IMG/VR virus record: IMGVR_UViG_2671181085_000003
DNA from: a virus
Taxonomy: Duplodnaviria; Heunggongvirae; Uroviricota; Caudoviricetes
DNA: 19,641 nt
Direction: 5' to 3' (one strand)
The notes below the pieces were generated by a model, which was given only the letters and a program-made list of their open reading frames with translations, searched no databases and was not told the origin of the DNA. The stretch's first letter is position 1. Each line of letters starts with the position of its first letter. A program made the position numbers and the translations under genes. Below, one piece after another: positions 17,694-19,641 of the stretch.

Positions 17694-17986
17694 GAGAGAT
17701 TTGACCACTTCAATCACAAAATGCTTATCTGCAGCAACAAGATTCATAGCCATACGACTATGGTGATTACCTTTTGTCTGGAAAACTGACCATTCCACGA
17801 AGATCAGATAGGTCTATAGAATCTTGGTTTGTCATAGCGTTCGCCTTACTTTGAGATGAACCTTTGCTGCATAGGAGATCAGCCCGTCAAGGCTCACCAG
17901 CACTAACTGACTACTCAAAGGCTCATTCCAAAGGGTTTGGTTCGACGTGGTTGAGTGCGCTGCGATGCGCGGTGAAATACCTGTAC

Positions 17987-18014
17987 AAAAATGCCCCGCA
18001 TCTGCGAGGCATTT
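17987..18014 (-). terminator. Hairpin terminator downstream of Rz/Rz1, possibly bidirectional
   Basis: Long inverted repeat AAAATGCC-C-CGCA-TC-TGCG-A-GGCATTTT, A-rich on one side and T-rich on the other, about 40 bp after the Rz stop. Confidence 0.55.
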
Positions 18015-18052
18015 TCCTGAAAGTCACGTATTAAATTTCAGTGAAATTAAAA

Positions 18053-18490
18053 TTATTTTAAGCACTGCGTCCTGATGTACTCCTGCAGGTAGTTGACCTG
18101 CGCGGTTATCTTGTCGATTCCACTTCGGAGACGGTAATAATTGAGTTCAGCATCTGCTGTAAGTCCTGGGCTTTCTCCATCGCCCATGCTGCTGGCTCCG
18201 GTCGTTGACTTTGCACAGGTGGCGGCGACTTGCAGGCGCTTACGCCCAGCAGAAACATCAGCACGGAGACTTTCGATAGTCGCGTTAGCATCAGCAAGCT
18301 CCTTTGTGTATCTGGCGTCAAGTTCTGCTACATCACGTTGACGCTTCTGCATGTCAGCGATGATGTACCTGGCTTTATCGCGCTGTTCTTTATAGGTAAT
18401 GGCGTTATCACGGTAATGATTAACAGCCCATGACAGGCAGACGATGATGCAAATAACCAGAGCGGAGATAATCGCGGCTACTCTTCTCAC
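18053..18490 (-). CDS. Rz: Spanin inner-membrane subunit Rz (i-spanin)
   Basis: Strong similarity to my recollection of lambda Rz ([46 protein letters not shown]). Probable GTG start at 18490 overlapping the R stop (GTGA); the ORF-track start at 18505 is TTG. Confidence 0.85.
   Translation of the reverse strand: MRRVAAIISALVICIIVCLSWAVNHYRDNAITYKEQRDKARYIIADMQKRQRDVAELDARYTKELADANATIESLRADVSAGRKRLQVAATCAKSTTGASSMGDGESPGLTADAELNYYRLRSGIDKITAQVNYLQEYIRTQCLK
18106..18291 (-). CDS. Rz1: Spanin outer-membrane lipoprotein subunit Rz1 (o-spanin), embedded in Rz in another frame
   Basis: ATG at 18291 preceded by AAGGAG; signal peptide with lipobox ([20 protein letters not shown]) followed by a Pro-rich segment ([13 protein letters not shown]); wholly inside Rz. 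Confidence 0.75.
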   Translation of the reverse strand: MLTRLSKVSVLMFLLGVSACKSPPPVQSQRPEPAAWAMEKAQDLQQMLNSIITVSEVESTR

Positions 18491-19020
18491 TGATCTATCC
18501 CCCAACAGGCTAATGCGCTTTCCTGGTCACGACGAATAACCTGTCCGTAGCAGTTATTTGAACGTGTGCGGCAATCACGCCCACCGTCCTTAATCCACCA
18601 GCGAATCGACTCACAGGCACCTTTACGATCACCGGCATTAAGCCGCTTATAAAACGTCGACGGGAAACACTTACCCGGGCCAATGTTGTAAGGACAGAAT
18701 GACGCAATACCCGCTTTCTGGGGTTCAGTCAGTGGCACTTTGATGTTTTTCGCCACCCATGCCAGCGCCTTATCACGCTCAATGGCGTTAACCCGGTCGC
18801 ATTTCCCCTTCGACAGCTTCATGCCAGGAATAACAGGCTTGCCATCCACCATGATGGCACCTCGGCAGATGGTCCAGATACCCGCACCATCACGGTATGC
18901 CGTGGTGTGGTTGCCTTCCTTTTCATCCAGAAACTGGTCGAGGATTTCAGGCGCAGAAGCACCTGCGGCAATCAGCGCCAGAACGGCAGCCGATAAACCA
19001 TAGCGGAGTTTCCTGCTCAT
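18487..19020 (-). CDS. R: SAR endolysin (T4-lysozyme-like GH24 fold, phage 21 R-type)
   Basis: N-terminal weakly hydrophobic Gly/Ala-rich signal-anchor-release segment ([16 protein letters not shown]); catalytic E-x8-D-x5-T spacing ([16 protein letters not shown]); resembles my recollection of R21. Confidence 0.85.
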   Translation of the reverse strand: MSRKLRYGLSAAVLALIAAGASAPEILDQFLDEKEGNHTTAYRDGAGIWTICRGAIMVDGKPVIPGMKLSKGKCDRVNAIERDKALAWVAKNIKVPLTEPQKAGIASFCPYNIGPGKCFPSTFYKRLNAGDRKGACESIRWWIKDGGRDCRTRSNNCYGQVIRRDQESALACWGIDQ

Positions 19021-19024
19021 CAGC

Positions 19025-19240
19025 TTACTCTCCCCGTGCCGCCTTACGCCGGTCCTCTCTGATTTTGAAATACAGGTTCGTCAGGTACGTCAGCAGACCA
19101 AACAGCAGACTCCCCAGCACGCCTATTGCCGCCCACTGAGACGGGGAAACCCTGTCCAGCAACTGCAGGAACCAGTAGCCCGTTCCCACCGCTGACGTGG
19201 TGTATGACACACCTGTTGTGATTTTTTCCATCTGGTACAT
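19025..19240 (-). CDS. S: Pinholin (phage 21 S-type), dual-start MYQM
   Basis: [15 protein letters not shown]...[51 protein letters not shown] closely matches my recollection of S21; two Met codons three codons apart; GGGAG Shine-Dalgarno. The ORF-track extension to 19333 is rejected. Confidence 0.85.
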   Translation of the reverse strand: MYQMEKITTGVSYTTSAVGTGYWFLQLLDRVSPSQWAAIGVLGSLLFGLLTYLTNLYFKIREDRRKAARGE

Positions 19241-19349
19241 ACCCCGTCTCCCGCAATCCGGAAGCTCACAACATGAAAAAGGCCGCCAGTGCTCCACTGA
19301 CAGCCTCGTGTAGTTACTCTGAGTGCCCAACAATTCCCTGTCAAACGTG

Positions 19350-19379
19350 TTGACATTAAGAATCGCTTTTGTGTAGAAA
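19350..19379 (+). promoter_or_regulatory. Promoter-like element A (TTGACA-TTAAGAAT)
   Basis: Consensus -35 TTGACA at 19350-19355 with a weak -10-like TAGAAA about 18 nt downstream; the spacer shares (T/A)TAAGAAT with element B. Confidence 0.3.
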
Positions 19380-19423
19380 AATTATGGCATGCATAACAAT
19401 AAAACCTCACAGCCGTACTATTT

Positions 19424-19474
19424 CCACCAGAAGCATGACGCATTTCTCCCTGTGCTTACTGGTGGATTTTTTTT
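19424..19474 (+). terminator. Rho-independent terminator, plus-strand sense
   Basis: Imperfect 12-bp stem CCACCAGAAGCA / TGCTT(A)CTGGTGG followed by a T8 run (19467-19474). Confidence 0.55.
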
Positions 19475-19499
19475 GCCCCGCAAATACCGCTGACACATA

Positions 19500-19530
19500 T
19501 TGACAATAAGAATATTTTTCATTTAAAAAT
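19500..19530 (+). promoter_or_regulatory. Promoter-like element B (TTGACA-ATAAGAAT)
   Basis: Consensus -35 TTGACA at 19500-19505 with an A/T-rich -10-like TAAAAA(T) 18-19 nt downstream; the spacer motif is conserved with element A. Confidence 0.3.
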
Positions 19531-19575
19531 ATTCATGTACAAAAATGTTTCTCTGGAGTGTCCATAGAGCTCACC

Positions 19576-19608
19576 CGCCAGTCCATTCCGGTAACTGGCG
19601 GCTTTTTT
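19576..19608 (+). terminator. Rho-independent terminator, plus-strand sense
   Basis: Stem CGCCAGT / ACTGGCG with an 11-nt loop, followed by a T6 run (19603-19608); no A-run upstream, so it is unidirectional. Confidence 0.65.
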
Positions 19609-19641
19609 ATCATGCCGCAGTGTCTGTGCTGTTCACTTCCA

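Noticed and set aside
17580-17789. 69-aa plus-strand ORF overlapping the start and promoter of island gene 2
   Set aside because: No RBS, low-complexity AT-rich translation, overlaps the better-supported promoter/RBS of gene 2 on the other strand.
19123-19443. 106-aa minus-strand ORF overlapping the holin start and upstream region, and the holin extension to 19333
   Set aside because: Different frame from the conserved pinholin, non-ATG start, no resemblance to phage proteins; the pinholin start at MYQM (19240) with a GGGAG RBS explains the region.
19380-19475. Possible tRNA gene between Q-side region and holin, as found in some Stx phages
   Set aside because: No T-arm GGTTCGAAT-like box or cloverleaf-compatible pairing seen; the structure fits a promoter plus terminator hairpin instead.
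1-19641. CRISPR array, rRNA, or IS-element terminal inverted repeats
   Set aside because: No regularly spaced direct repeats with unique spacers, no rRNA-like sequence and no transposase ORF were seen anywhere in the window.

Overview
The window is almost entirely the late region of a lambda-like (lambdoid) prophage, with every phage late gene on the minus strand. Reading right to left: a phage-21-type lysis cassette (pinholin, SAR endolysin, Rz with embedded Rz1), a hairpin terminator, a ~2.2 kb AT-rich accessory island, a cos site whose cosN matches phage lambda as I recall it (from memory, not an alignment), then a lambda-like Nu1-A-W-B-C/Nu3-D-E-FI-FII-Z-U-V-G/T-H-M-L-K-I head and tail module. 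Product calls rest on my recollection of lambda and phage 21 proteins plus motifs visible in the translations; no database search was possible. The tail module stops after gene I with no J gene, so the prophage is probably defective or rearranged. The most interesting element is the AT-rich island between the lysis cassette and cos: a convergent gene pair whose 3' ends overlap by 59 bp, one a 355-aa protein with no motif I recognise and the other a 206-aa protein with a PD-(D/E)xK nuclease-like motif. Its position and composition suggest a candidate anti-phage defence or abortive-infection module, but this is inference. Other points of interest are a -1 frameshift site for the G-T fusion, a tandemly triplicated module in the C/Nu3 scaffold region, divergent cosB repeats, and two plus-strand promoter-like/terminator units upstream of the holin.
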